A model generated the notes under the pieces. That model had not been told where the DNA came from, did not search any database, and saw only the letters and a list, made by a program, of their open reading frames with translations. The translations under genes and the position numbers were made by a program. This document shows positions 54,895 to 64,000 of a stretch of 64,000 nucleotides of DNA, in pieces (the stretch's first letter is position 1; each line of letters opens with the position of its first letter). This DNA is from an uncultured Acidobacteriota bacterium (GTDB taxonomy: Bacteria; Acidobacteriota; Polarisedimenticolia; J045), in assembly GCA_963702425.1 (NCBI GenBank), contig CAVPCQ010000037.1:288001-352000 (forward strand), given 5' to 3'.

Positions 54895-55610
54895 TGGATC
54901 CGGGAGAAGATCCGCTCCGGCCGGATCCGGCTCGGGTTCAGCAGCTTCCGAACGATCGAGATCGGCCGCTCGAGCCCGGTGCGCAGGTGATCGTTGGCGT
55001 CCTCCTTGTAGGAGAACCAGATCAGGAAGGCCCGCCCCTTGACCAGGGAGCGCGGGACGAAGCCCCAGGCGCGGCTGTCGCGCGAGTTGTCGCGGTTGTC
55101 GCCGAACGCGAAATAGCTCTCGGGTGGGACCGTGACGGGCCCGTACGACTGCATCGCCTCGTTGTTGTCCGGCTTGACATACGGCTCGTCGATCGGCCGT
55201 CCGTTGATCGAGACCACGCCGCGGGTCATCTGCACGACGTCCCCCGGCAGGCCGACGATCCGCTTCACGAAGTCGACGTCGGGGTCCTCGGGGAAGCGGA
55301 AGACGACGACGTCGCCGCGTGCGATCGGGCGCTGTCCCAGCCAGCCGACCGGCTCGTCGCCGGGGGCGCCGTAGAGGAAACGGTTGACCAGGATGTAGTC
55401 GCCGACCAGCAGGGTGTCGAGCATCGACTCGGTCGGGATCTTCGACTGCATGAAGACGAAGGTCCGCGCGAACAGCAGGAACAGCACCGCGACGACGATC
55501 GTCTCGAGGTACTCGCGCAGGATTCCTTTCGGCGGGAAGGCCACCGTCGCCGGGCCCCCCGCTGCCGGCTTCGGGTCGTCCCGGACCTCGCTGCTCTTCT
55601 TTTCGTTCAA
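54891..55610 (-). CDS. lepB: Signal peptidase I
   Basis: REYLETI, IPTESMLDTLLVGD (Ser), DFVKRIVGLPGD (Lys), GDNRDNSRDSR.WG; TTG start with GGAGGAG RBS. Confidence 0.95.
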   Translation of the reverse strand: MNEKKSSEVRDDPKPAAGGPATVAFPPKGILREYLETIVVAVLFLLFARTFVFMQSKIPTESMLDTLLVGDYILVNRFLYGAPGDEPVGWLGQRPIARGDVVVFRFPEDPDVDFVKRIVGLPGDVVQMTRGVVSINGRPIDEPYVKPDNNEAMQSYGPVTVPPESYFAFGDNRDNSRDSRAWGFVPRSLVKGRAFLIWFSYKEDANDHLRTGLERPISIVRKLLNPSRIRPERIFSRIH

Positions 55611-56179
55611 CACTCCTCCAACAGATCGCCTTCGAGCGGGCGGGCCAACGCCAGCGCAACGGCTTGGCCGGGGCCGGCGGCGCGCCGGGTGGCGGCGAGG
55701 CAGCGGCGTTCGAGTCGCCCGGCCCGGGCCAGATCGTCGGCCAGTTTCTCCCAAACGGGGTCGAGAAGCACGATCGGACCCGGCAGGGCGTCGAGCCGGG
55801 CGTGGGCCCAGAGCATCGCCAGTTCCGCCAGCGTCCCGGCCCCGCCACCGATGACGACGAACCCCCGCGAGATCGCGAACATCCGCGCGGTGCGCGCGAA
55901 CAGGTCGTCCTCCTCGATCTCCAGCGAGACCCAGGGCGAAGGGCGGCGCCACGAGAAGCTCCGGCAGGTCACGCCGATCGCCTCGCCGCCGGCCTCCCGG
56001 GCCCCGTGCATCGCCGCCTCCATCACCCCCCCGTAGCCGCCGGTGACCACGGCCACGCCGCGCCCCGCCAGCCCGGCGCCGACCGCGCGGGCGTTCTCGC
56101 AGGCCTCCGAGCCGGGTTCCGCGTCGGAGGCGCCGAAGACCGCGACGCCGCGCTCGCGGGAGGAGAGGGGAGCAGTCAG
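55607..56179 (-). CDS. LOG / lysine-decarboxylase-like family protein; probable CTG start
   Basis: VAVFGAS, TGGYGGVMEA..GAREAGG..IGV, GGGAGTLAEL; homology extends upstream of the ORF-track start to GGAGG-N5-CTG at 56179. Confidence 0.85.
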   Translation of the reverse strand: MTAPLSSRERGVAVFGASDAEPGSEACENARAVGAGLAGRGVAVVTGGYGGVMEAAMHGAREAGGEAIGVTCRSFSWRRPSPWVSLEIEEDDLFARTARMFAISRGFVVIGGGAGTLAELAMLWAHARLDALPGPIVLLDPVWEKLADDLARAGRLERRCLAATRRAAGPGQAVALALARPLEGDLLEEC

Positions 56180-56331
56180 GGGAGCCTCCGCCGAGGGGGG
56201 ACGGTCCGTGCGACCGCCCGGCCCCGAACCGGGGATTATTCCACGCGCCCCGCGGCGTGCCAGACGGGAAGGGGTCCGGTATGATCCGCCCCGCTCTGCC
56301 GGAAACTCGTACCGCTCGGAGGAAGCTCCCC

Positions 56332-56916
56332 ATGCTGGCCCGTTCGTCCCTGGCTCCCGCGGCCCGCCCCGCGCCGATGGCCCTCGTCGTCCTCCTCCTC
56401 GCCGCGCTGCTCGCGGTGGCCGGCTGCTCCGGTCGACGCGGCGCCGACTGCCCCGAACGGGATCTCGTCAAGCAGGGTGACGTCGTGACGGACATGACCG
56501 TCGTCGCGCTCGACGGCAAGCCCACCCCGATGCAGTCCCTGATCGGCGGCAAGGTCGCGTTGATCGACGTCTGGGCGACCTGGTGCCAGCCCTGCAAGCT
56601 CGCGATGCCGCACCTGCAGGCGCTGCACAACCAGTTCAAGGATCAGGGTTTCACCGTCGTCGGCGTCATGACCGACGCCAACGCGACCCGAATCGGGTCG
56701 AACTACATGAAGGCCAACCCGGTCAGCTACCCGGTCGTGCTAGACGACGACGGGAGCGGTTTCGACTGCGCCTGGGGGACAGTGACCGGGATTCCGCTGA
56801 TGGTGCTGGTCGATCGCGACGGCAAGGTGCTCGAGGTGTTCCAGGGAACCGGCGACATCGGGACGCTGCAGCGCCGCGTGGCCGAGCTCTTCGCTGCGCC
56901 GGCTCCCAAGGCATGA
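56332..56916 (+). CDS. TlpA/ResA-like thioredoxin lipoprotein
   Basis: Lipobox VAGC; GKVALIDVWATWCQPC..MPHL; GIP..VLVDRDG. Confidence 0.9.
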   Translation: MLARSSLAPAARPAPMALVVLLLAALLAVAGCSGRRGADCPERDLVKQGDVVTDMTVVALDGKPTPMQSLIGGKVALIDVWATWCQPCKLAMPHLQALHNQFKDQGFTVVGVMTDANATRIGSNYMKANPVSYPVVLDDDGSGFDCAWGTVTGIPLMVLVDRDGKVLEVFQGTGDIGTLQRRVAELFAAPAPKA

Positions 56917-57623
56917 CCCGTCGCCTCATCCTCCTGATCGCGGCGCTGGCCGGAACGGTCGGCGCCGGCTGCGGCCTGTTGACACCGCGGCTGCCCGACG
57001 ATCCCGCGGCGCGCCACGAGGCCATCGCGCGGACGGCGTGGGGACCCGAGAGCCCCGAGACGCTGGAGAAGTACCTCGCGAGCCGGAGCGCCCTGGACCC
57101 GGTCTACCGCAACTACGAGGACGGGATCCAGAACTGGGCGTTGCGCGAGGCGGCGACCGGCCGTGCGTTCGGCCCGGCGCTGATCGGCGTGGGTTCGATG
57201 AGCAGGAAAATCGAGACCGAGGCCGCGTCGCGCGGCCTGACCTCGGACGACTACCAGCGGCTGACGGTGCTCGTCTTCGGGCGCTGGCTGCGCGCGACGC
57301 GGGACGGACCAATCCCCGAGGAACGGGTCGTCCGGACGCTGAAGGAGATCGAGGTCGGTCTCGCGCGGCAGCTCGCGAATGCGGCGACATCCGACGACGT
57401 GTCGATCGACACCGCCGCTCTGGAAGCGCGGCTGGCCTCGGTGCGGCACCAGGCGAAGTTCCTCGAGCCCTACGCGACGATGGACAAGGCGGCGACGTTG
57501 GAGGCGATCGACCCCGCGACGCGGGCCTGGCTCGAACAGCATCGCAAGCAGATCGAGGCCCTCGACTGGTTCTACTTCGACACCATCGGGCCGCCGCGGG
57601 CCGACGCGAAGAAGAAGGCGTAG
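56913..57623 (+). CDS. Hypothetical lipoprotein
   Basis: MTRRLILLIAALAGTVGAGC lipoprotein signal; ATGA overlap with the thioredoxin gene. Confidence 0.7.
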   Translation: MTRRLILLIAALAGTVGAGCGLLTPRLPDDPAARHEAIARTAWGPESPETLEKYLASRSALDPVYRNYEDGIQNWALREAATGRAFGPALIGVGSMSRKIETEAASRGLTSDDYQRLTVLVFGRWLRATRDGPIPEERVVRTLKEIEVGLARQLANAATSDDVSIDTAALEARLASVRHQAKFLEPYATMDKAATLEAIDPATRAWLEQHRKQIEALDWFYFDTIGPPRADAKKKA

Positions 57624-57637
57624 GCCCGGCGCGGCCG

Positions 57638-58582
57638 TCAGCTCGCCAGGAGTTGTCGGAAGTACGCGACCGTCGCCTTCAGCCCGTCTTCGAGGTCGAC
57701 CTTCGGCTCCCAGCCCAGTATCGACCGGGCCAGTGTGATGTCCGGCCGGCGCTGCCGCGGGTCGTCCGCGGGAAGGTCCCGGAAGACCACTTTCGAGCGC
57801 GAGCCGACGAGCGCGATGATCCGCTCGGCCAGCTCGAGGATGCTCGATTCGACCGGGTTGCCGAGGTTGACCGGGCCGGTGAAGTCGTCCGGGGTGTTCA
57901 TCAGCCGGATCAGCGCTTCGATCAGGTCGTCGACATAGCAGAAGCTGCGGGTCTGGTCCCCCTTGCCGTAGATCGTGATGTCCTCGCCGCGCAGCGCCTG
58001 GCGGATGAAGTTCGACACCACGCGGCCGTCGTCGGGGTGCATCCGCGGGCCGTAGGTGTTGAAGATCCGCGCGACCTTGATCCGCAGCCGGTGCTGGCGC
58101 CAGTAGTCGAAGAAGAGGGTCTCGGCGCAGCGCTTCCCCTCGTCGTAGCAGGCCCGGATGCCGATCGGATTGACGCTGCCCCAGTAGCTCTCGGGCTGCG
58201 GGTGGACGTTGGGGTCGCCGTAGACCTCGCTGGTCGAGGCCAGCAGGATCTTCGCCTTCACGCGCTTGGCGAGACCCAGCATGTTGATGTTGCCGTGCAC
58301 GGAGGTCTTGGTCGTCTGGACCGGATCGCGCTGGTAGTGGATCGGCGAGGCCGGGCAGGCGAGGCTGAAGATCTGGTCGACCTCGACGTAAAGCGGGAAG
58401 GTGACGTCGTGACGCATCAGCTCGAAGCGCTTGTGGCCCAGCAGGTGCTCGACGTTGCCGCGCTGCCCGGTGTAGAAGTTGTCGGCGCACAGGACCTCGG
58501 TCCCCGCCTCCAGCAGCCGCTCGCAGAGGTGCGAACCGAGGAACCCGGCCCCGCCGGTCACCAGCACTCTCGTCCCGTGCAT
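57638..58582 (-). CDS. UDP-glucuronate decarboxylase (UDP-xylose synthase) family SDR
   Basis: [64 protein letters not shown]. Confidence 0.93.
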   Translation of the reverse strand: MHGTRVLVTGGAGFLGSHLCERLLEAGTEVLCADNFYTGQRGNVEHLLGHKRFELMRHDVTFPLYVEVDQIFSLACPASPIHYQRDPVQTTKTSVHGNINMLGLAKRVKAKILLASTSEVYGDPNVHPQPESYWGSVNPIGIRACYDEGKRCAETLFFDYWRQHRLRIKVARIFNTYGPRMHPDDGRVVSNFIRQALRGEDITIYGKGDQTRSFCYVDDLIEALIRLMNTPDDFTGPVNLGNPVESSILELAERIIALVGSRSKVVFRDLPADDPRQRRPDITLARSILGWEPKVDLEDGLKATVAYFRQLLAS

Positions 58583-58761
58583 GCTCGATCTCTCCCGGCA
58601 GGATCCCAGCGCGACCGGACCCCGCGCGCTGCGGGGGCGGCGCCGCGCGCGTCAGCCGACGGCGGAGAAGTTACCGCGAACCGACCCCTTTCGGGCGGCA
58701 AACCCCGCCCGACGTGGAATTTCGCGGTCCATCGGCCAGACCCGCGGTGGCAGCCGGGCCG

Positions 58762-59631
58762 TCAGGAGTCCTGGACGGTCCGCCGGTAGCGGAGCGTTTG
58801 GGAGACGATTCCGGCGCGGTGGGCGAAGGGGGTCAGGCTGACCAGCGCCCAGACGCCCAGGGGGGCGCGCCGGCGGCGCAGGAACTGCGCCAGCCGCCAG
58901 TAGAACTCGCCGGGCCGGCGCGGGATCGCCTGAACGGCGTAGCGCCGCCGCCGCAGGTCGAAGCTGCCGCGGCCGTAACGGAACTGCTGTCGCAGGTAGC
59001 CGCGAGGCGTGCTGCGGTGGTGGTGCCAGACCCGCGCGTCGTCGAAGTAGCGCTGGCGGAGCCCGGCTCCCACGGCGCGGTAGGCGAGGTCGACGTCCTC
59101 GGCGGCCGCGAGCGGAAAGGTCTCGTCGAAGCCGTTGATCGACCAGAAAGCGTCGCGCCGGTAAGCGAGGTTGTTGCTCGGGAGCATCAGCCCGTTCCCC
59201 GACGCGTCCTGGAAGTACTCGCGCAGAAAGTCGAGGTACAGCTCCCAGGTCACCGCGGGGATGCTCTCCGGATACGGGTTGATGGCGGCACCGCCGAGCG
59301 CTGCGGCGTTCTCCTGGTCGAAGCCCCGCTCGAGCTGCTTCAGCCAGTCCGGCTCCGGGATGCAGTCGTCGTCGGTGAAGGCGAGGAGTTCGCCGCGGGC
59401 CGCCCGGGCGCCCGCATTGCGCGCCGCTGCCGGCCCGCCGTGCGGCGCGTCGATCGTGGTCAACGGCAGCCGGGCGCGCAGCACGTCGTCGACGCTGGCG
59501 AACGAGGTCGCCCCGCCGTCATTGACGACGAGCAGCTCCCACGAGGGGTGCTCGAGCCGTGTGAAGCCCTCGAGGCAGCGCCGCAGCGGCTGCGGGCGGT
59601 CGTAGGTCGGGATGACGACGGAAAAGCGCAT
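58762..59631 (-). CDS. Glycosyltransferase family 2
   Basis: SVVIPTY, VNDGG, GPAAARN, AFTDDDC, GFDETF..AED, YGRG. Confidence 0.9.
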   Translation of the reverse strand: MRFSVVIPTYDRPQPLRRCLEGFTRLEHPSWELLVVNDGGATSFASVDDVLRARLPLTTIDAPHGGPAAARNAGARAARGELLAFTDDDCIPEPDWLKQLERGFDQENAAALGGAAINPYPESIPAVTWELYLDFLREYFQDASGNGLMLPSNNLAYRRDAFWSINGFDETFPLAAAEDVDLAYRAVGAGLRQRYFDDARVWHHHRSTPRGYLRQQFRYGRGSFDLRRRRYAVQAIPRRPGEFYWRLAQFLRRRRAPLGVWALVSLTPFAHRAGIVSQTLRYRRTVQDS

Positions 59632-59649
59632 GGCGGCGGGGCTCCCGGG

Positions 59650-60540
59650 CTACTCGGGGTGCGGGCGGGCGAGCTTCTCGGCGAAGAAGCCGGTCGCGTT
59701 GGCGACCTGGGACGCGAGCATCAGCAGGGTCACGCGGCCGCGCTTCTCGATCCCGGCCGCGGACAGGGGGTAGCGGACCAGGTCGAGGTAGAACCGCCAG
59801 CGCTCGAACCCGACCTCGGGGCCGCCACGCGCGGCGTGCACGCGGCGGTAGCAGTAGGCGCCGCGGCCGTAGTTGTAGTGCTGGCGGATGAAGCGGCGGA
59901 CCGTCAGCGCGTGGTAGTGGGTGACCACGGCGTCCTCCGCGTAGACCAGCCCGCAGCCGCTGCCGTTGTAGCGCGCGCAGAACTCGCGGTCCTCGCCCCC
60001 GGCGAGCGGGAAGCGCAGGTCGAAGCCGCCGACCCGCTCGAAGGTCGCGCGCGCGACGGCGATGTTGTTCGAGGCGAAGAAGGGGGCCCCCTGGGCGATG
60101 AAGTAGTCGAGCAGGAAGGCGACGAGCGCCTGGCTTGCCTCGGCGCAGGCGTTGTCGGTCAGGGCGTTGACGGTGCGCCCGCCGAGCAGCGCTCCCGGGT
60201 GCGCAGCGAACCGCTGCGCCAGGGCGACGAGCCAGCCCGGGTCGACGCGGCAGTCGTCATCGGTGAACGCGATGTGCTCGTGCCGGGCCGCGCCCGCGCC
60301 CAGGTTCCGCGCCGCGGCGGGGCCGGCGTGCCCCTGCTCGATCAACCGCAGGTCGATCCGCCCGGAGAACGGGCGCAGCGCCTCCCGTACCTCGTCGAGT
60401 CGCGGCGAGCCGTCATCGACGACGATCACCTCGAAGCGCTCCCGGTCGTACTGCAGCGCGCAGAACGCCGCCGCGCACTCCGCCAGCCGCTGCGGGCGGT
60501 TGTAGGTCGGCACGACGATCGAGAACCCGGGCGCGGGCAT
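59650..60540 (-). CDS. Glycosyltransferase family 2
   Basis: SIVVPTYNR, VVDDGS, GPAAARN, AFTDDDC, GGFD..GED, YGRG. Confidence 0.9.
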   Translation of the reverse strand: MPAPGFSIVVPTYNRPQRLAECAAAFCALQYDRERFEVIVVDDGSPRLDEVREALRPFSGRIDLRLIEQGHAGPAAARNLGAGAARHEHIAFTDDDCRVDPGWLVALAQRFAAHPGALLGGRTVNALTDNACAEASQALVAFLLDYFIAQGAPFFASNNIAVARATFERVGGFDLRFPLAGGEDREFCARYNGSGCGLVYAEDAVVTHYHALTVRRFIRQHYNYGRGAYCYRRVHAARGGPEVGFERWRFYLDLVRYPLSAAGIEKRGRVTLLMLASQVANATGFFAEKLARPHPE

Positions 60541-60542
60541 CG

Positions 60543-61496
60543 TCACTCCCCGGGGCGCGCGGCGCGCGGCCCGGAGCGCGGGCCCGTCGGGCGCCGGTTC
60601 CCGGACCCGAAGCTGCGGGCGTAGGCGGAGAGCAGCTCGCGGGCGGCGGCGCCACGCCGCGTGCGGGCCAGCTCCTGCGCCTCGCCCAGCACCGTCAGCG
60701 GGGTCAGGACCAGCGACGCGAGGCGCCCGTGGTGCTTGCGGTGGAAGATGCGGGTGCTGTGGACCTTGCATTCCCAGCGCCAGCGTTCGGACCGCAGGCC
60801 CCGCGCACCGTCGGGCGCGTCGTGCCGGATCACGGCCCGTGGGTCGCACCAGACCTCGTACCCGGCGGCTTCCATCCGGCGGCAGAGGTCGAGGTCCTCG
60901 TAGTACATGAAGAACTCCGGGTCGAGTGGACCGGTCCGCCGCAGCGCCTCCGCGCGCAGCATCATCGCGTGGCCCCAGACGTAGTCGGTCCGGCGGGGTT
61001 CGTCGTCCCCGCCCGCGTCGCCCGACTCGATCCCCGGGATCCGCTGGCGGAGCGGCAGCGTGCGGCGCCAGGCCCCCTTGTAGAGCAGCTTCGGGGAGCC
61101 GTCGGGCATCGCCTGGGTGGAGTGCGTCTTGGGGCCGACCACACCGGCTCGCGGGTGCGACTCCATGAACGCCACCAGCCGCGCGACGAGGTCGGAAGCA
61201 CCCTCGGTGTCGGGGTTGACGAGCAGGACGAATTCATCGCCCGCATCCAGCGCGTTCGCGATCCCGACATTGCAGCCACCGGCAAACCCGAGGTTCCGGT
61301 CGTTGCGAAGCAGCGTGCAGGCCGGAAAGCGCTCGGCGACGGCGGCGACCGTGTCGTCGGCGGAGGCGTTGTCCACGACCAGGACGCGCAGCCGCGGGTA
61401 GTCCGACGCGAGCAGCCAGCGCGCACAGCTCAGCACGTCGTCGCGGCCGTTGTAGGAGAGGACGATCGCGGCGACGGACGGGGCGGTTCCGCTCAT
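60543..61496 (-). CDS. Glycosyltransferase family 2 (WbbL/rhamnosyltransferase-like)
   Basis: IVLSYNG, VVDNAS.D, NLGFAGGCN, LVNPD, FFMYYEDLDLC. Confidence 0.9.
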   Translation of the reverse strand: MSGTAPSVAAIVLSYNGRDDVLSCARWLLASDYPRLRVLVVDNASADDTVAAVAERFPACTLLRNDRNLGFAGGCNVGIANALDAGDEFVLLVNPDTEGASDLVARLVAFMESHPRAGVVGPKTHSTQAMPDGSPKLLYKGAWRRTLPLRQRIPGIESGDAGGDDEPRRTDYVWGHAMMLRAEALRRTGPLDPEFFMYYEDLDLCRRMEAAGYEVWCDPRAVIRHDAPDGARGLRSERWRWECKVHSTRIFHRKHHGRLASLVLTPLTVLGEAQELARTRRGAAARELLSAYARSFGSGNRRPTGPRSGPRAARPGE

Positions 61497-61742
61497 GCGT
61501 CCGGCCCGGCGCCGGCGTCGCGGCGCGGCGCGCGCGCCGGTCCGTCGACGCGCCGCCGCCCGGCACCGCGGTGCGGATGCCGGCTCGGCCGTCCCGTCTC
61601 GATCACGGGCCCGGGCCGGGCGATCACGGTGTATTCTCCGCAGCCATGCGAGCCATGGAGTATACGGCGAGCGGCAGCAGCGGGTCGGACGGCCCGCCGG
61701 CCTCGCCCGCGCTCCCGCGGCGGCCCGCGGAACAGGACGGAC

Positions 61743-63479
61743 GTGACTGAGCGCGCGCCGGGCACCGCGGCCGAGGCCCCCGGCGTAACCCGGCGCGGCC
61801 CCTCGCCTGGCGTCGCGCTGGCGATCCTGAACCTCGTCGCGGTCCTGCTCGCACTGCACTTCCTGAACGGCCGGCTGGGCGAATGGGGCGGCGACAACGT
61901 CCGCTACATGCTGCTGGCCGACGCGCTCGCCTCGGGCCGGGGCTACGTCGACATCTTCCTGCCCGGCGCGCCGTTCCACACCGTCTACCCGCCGGTCCTG
62001 CCGGTGCTGCTCACGCCCCTCGTCGCGGCCGGCGCGTCGCTCGTCGTGCTCAACGCCTTCGTGGCGCTGCTGGCGATCGCCGGCCTCAACCTCGCGTACC
62101 TCTTCCTCGCCTCGACCTACGGGTCGCTCACCAGCCTCTTGATCGTGCTCTCGACCGCCTGCTGCGGGGCGTTCCTGGACCCGGCGCTGTCGGTGATGAG
62201 CGACGGGCCGTACTTCCTGCTCTCGATGGCCGCGCTGCTCGCGGTGCGCCGGGCCTTCCGCAGCGAGGCGCGCCGTACGGGCCTCCTCGTGCTGGCCGGC
62301 GTGCTGGTCGGGCTGGCGATCCTCACCCGCATCGCGGGCATCGTGCTGCTGCCGACGGTCGGCGCGTACGCCCTCCTCGGCCACCTGCCGGCCCTGTCGC
62401 TCCGGCGGCGGGTCGAGCGGCTGGCCGTCCTCGGTCTCGTGGCGCTCGCGCTGACCGGGGCCTGGCCGCTGATCGTGCTGAGCCAGGACCGGGTCGGGCA
62501 GCGGAGCTACCTCTGGGAGTTCCTGAACCTGGGGACCGCGAAGGAACGCCAGGGCGGGGGAGGCGGGCCCGCGCGGCCCAGCCTGGTGATGCGGCCGTTC
62601 TACAACGCGTGGGACCTCAGCGAGCGGCTCGCGAACACGCCGATGCCGCGGCAGGCGGCGCGTCTCGGACCGGGCGTCGGCCGCGCGATCGGTCTCGCCT
62701 TCGTTACGGTCTGCGCTGCCGCCGCCGCGCTGGTGCTGCTCGGACTGGCGCGAGGACTGTTTCGCCGGCGCGAGGTCCAGGACTTCTACGTCCCGTTCTA
62801 CGGTGCGCTGCTCCTGATGTGGGTTGGCGGGGGATTCCGGCTCGTGATGCCGATCATCCCGTTGCTCCTGGCCTACGCCTGGGACGGCGTCGTCGCGGCG
62901 GGGCGCCGGCTCTCCCGCGGGGGGGCCCGGGACGCGGAGCGGGACGGCGGGCGCCGTCTCGCGCGGGCCGGGAACGCCGTGCTCGCGCTGACGATCGTCG
63001 CCAACCTGGCCGTGACCTTCTCCTTCCCGCTGATCAACGACCGGCTCCACGGGCGCTACGCGCCCTGGTGGAACGACTTCCTGGCGATCTCCTGCGGTCT
63101 CGCGGCGCGGGTCGGGCCGCGCGACGCGGTGATCTCGGCGCCCGACGGCGTGCTCTTCTGGCTGGCCGGCGTTCCGGCCGCGCCGCTGCCGCGCTTCCGT
63201 GCGCCGGAGGACACGCTGCAGGCGATCCTCGACAGCCACGCCGCCTACCTGGTCACCACGCCGATCCAGGAGCAGAAGTACGGGCGGAGCATCCTGCGGA
63301 CGATCGAGGCCTTTCCGGAGCGGTTCCGCAGCGTGGCGCGCGCGGGAGAGGTCGAGGCCTACGCGATCGTGCGCGAACCGGACGCGCCGATCTCCCCCGC
63401 GCCACCGGCTGCGCCCGCCGAGCGGGGCACCGGCGCCGCTCGGGCGCTACCCCCGCGCTGCGCCGCCATCCTGCGCTGA
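61743..63479 (+). CDS. GT-C fold membrane glycosyltransferase (ArnT/PMT, GT39/83-like)
   Basis: GGDNVRYMLLADALASGRGY, YPPVLPVLL, VMSD, LAILTR, RLVMPIIP; many TM segments; GTG start at 61743. Confidence 0.78.
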   Translation: MTERAPGTAAEAPGVTRRGPSPGVALAILNLVAVLLALHFLNGRLGEWGGDNVRYMLLADALASGRGYVDIFLPGAPFHTVYPPVLPVLLTPLVAAGASLVVLNAFVALLAIAGLNLAYLFLASTYGSLTSLLIVLSTACCGAFLDPALSVMSDGPYFLLSMAALLAVRRAFRSEARRTGLLVLAGVLVGLAILTRIAGIVLLPTVGAYALLGHLPALSLRRRVERLAVLGLVALALTGAWPLIVLSQDRVGQRSYLWEFLNLGTAKERQGGGGGPARPSLVMRPFYNAWDLSERLANTPMPRQAARLGPGVGRAIGLAFVTVCAAAAALVLLGLARGLFRRREVQDFYVPFYGALLLMWVGGGFRLVMPIIPLLLAYAWDGVVAAGRRLSRGGARDAERDGGRRLARAGNAVLALTIVANLAVTFSFPLINDRLHGRYAPWWNDFLAISCGLAARVGPRDAVISAPDGVLFWLAGVPAAPLPRFRAPEDTLQAILDSHAAYLVTTPIQEQKYGRSILRTIEAFPERFRSVARAGEVEAYAIVREPDAPISPAPPAAPAERGTGAARALPPRCAAILR

Positions 63480-64000
63480 TCAGCGGGGACGATCCTCGTT
63501 CCAGTCGCGGGGGACGATCCCCAGCAGCCCCGCGAACTGGACCCAGGCGAAGCTGGCCCCGGAGTAGAAGAAGTAGAGCAGGTGCAGCGGGATGCAGCGC
63601 AGCGCGAACCAGGGCCCGCGCGCGCGGCAGAGGAACCGGAAGAGCTGCCGGTTCAGGGCGACGACCAGCAGCACCGCGACGACCGCTCCTGCGAGGAACC
63701 ACGGGCTGAGCAAGGCCAGCGGCAGGCAGAGCAGCGCCAGCCCGGTCAGCAGCACCGACAGCTTCTGGCTCTGCTTGATGTTCAGGTCGTCGGGTGCGCT
63801 CCCCTGCGCGCGGTTGAGGCGCGCCCAGGGGATTGCGCGGCAGAAGACGTCGGTCAGCACCATCGAGCGGATCGTCCACTGCTTGAGGTGCATGCAGAGC
63901 AGGGTCGGGTCGAGCACGATCGAGTGCCCCGCGCGCCGCAGCCGGTAGCCCAGCTCGATGTCCTCGATGCAACGCGGGTGGCCCTGTTCGTCGAACCCGC
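63480..64000 (-). CDS. Glycosyltransferase family 2, C-terminal part (5' end outside the window)
   Basis: GFDE..IEDIELGYRLRRAG..I.LDP...HLKQW followed by C-terminal TM helices. Confidence 0.82.
   Translation of the reverse strand, partial: GFDEQGHPRCIEDIELGYRLRRAGHSIVLDPTLLCMHLKQWTIRSMVLTDVFCRAIPWARLNRAQGSAPDDLNIKQSQKLSVLLTGLALLCLPLALLSPWFLAGAVVAVLLVVALNRQLFRFLCRARGPWFALRCIPLHLLYFFYSGASFAWVQFAGLLGIVPRDWNEDRPR

Noticed and set aside
58670-58730. c-di-GMP-I riboswitch suggested by GGCAAACC within a hairpin
   Set aside because: It lacks the GAAA tetraloop stem and GACGCAAAG, and lies on the strand opposite the flanking genes; probably just a GC-rich hairpin.
1-64000. tRNA, rRNA, T-box or integrase/transposase genes
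   Set aside because: None recognised by eye, including upstream of trpS. A tRNAscan-SE or Infernal run would be needed to exclude them formally.

Overview
This is a very GC-rich bacterial chromosomal window. An Acidobacteriota-like origin is an inference from gene content and was not verified. About 55 genes are present. Housekeeping genes include purM-purN, radC, a tandem trpS-tyrS, arfB, cfa, folB-queD-folE, spoIID-miaA-hfq, a PilT-type ATPase, mutS2, lepB, several transporters, and a UDP-xylose synthase/glycosyltransferase cluster at the right end. The most interesting locus is 12770-22076: ECF sigma factor, small putative anti-sigma/substrate protein, TPR-CHAT (caspase-like) protease, secreted S8 subtilase and a peptide ABC transporter. 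It looks like a CRISPR-independent protease-to-sigma signalling cascade. The small protein and the CHAT linker share the pentapeptide PAGVR. Non-coding structure includes a family of GTAG-type REP palindromes, copies of which bracket a ~5.8 kb accessory segment with many broken reading frames. There is also a 168-bp CTAG-flanked MITE at the lepB stop codon, and two pentanucleotide tandem repeats flank a sulfatase-like gene. Many single-base frameshifts, including one in the essential trpS, suggest long-read assembly errors, so pseudogene calls are provisional. No rRNA, tRNA or CRISPR array was recognised. All family assignments come from motif recognition by eye, not database searches.
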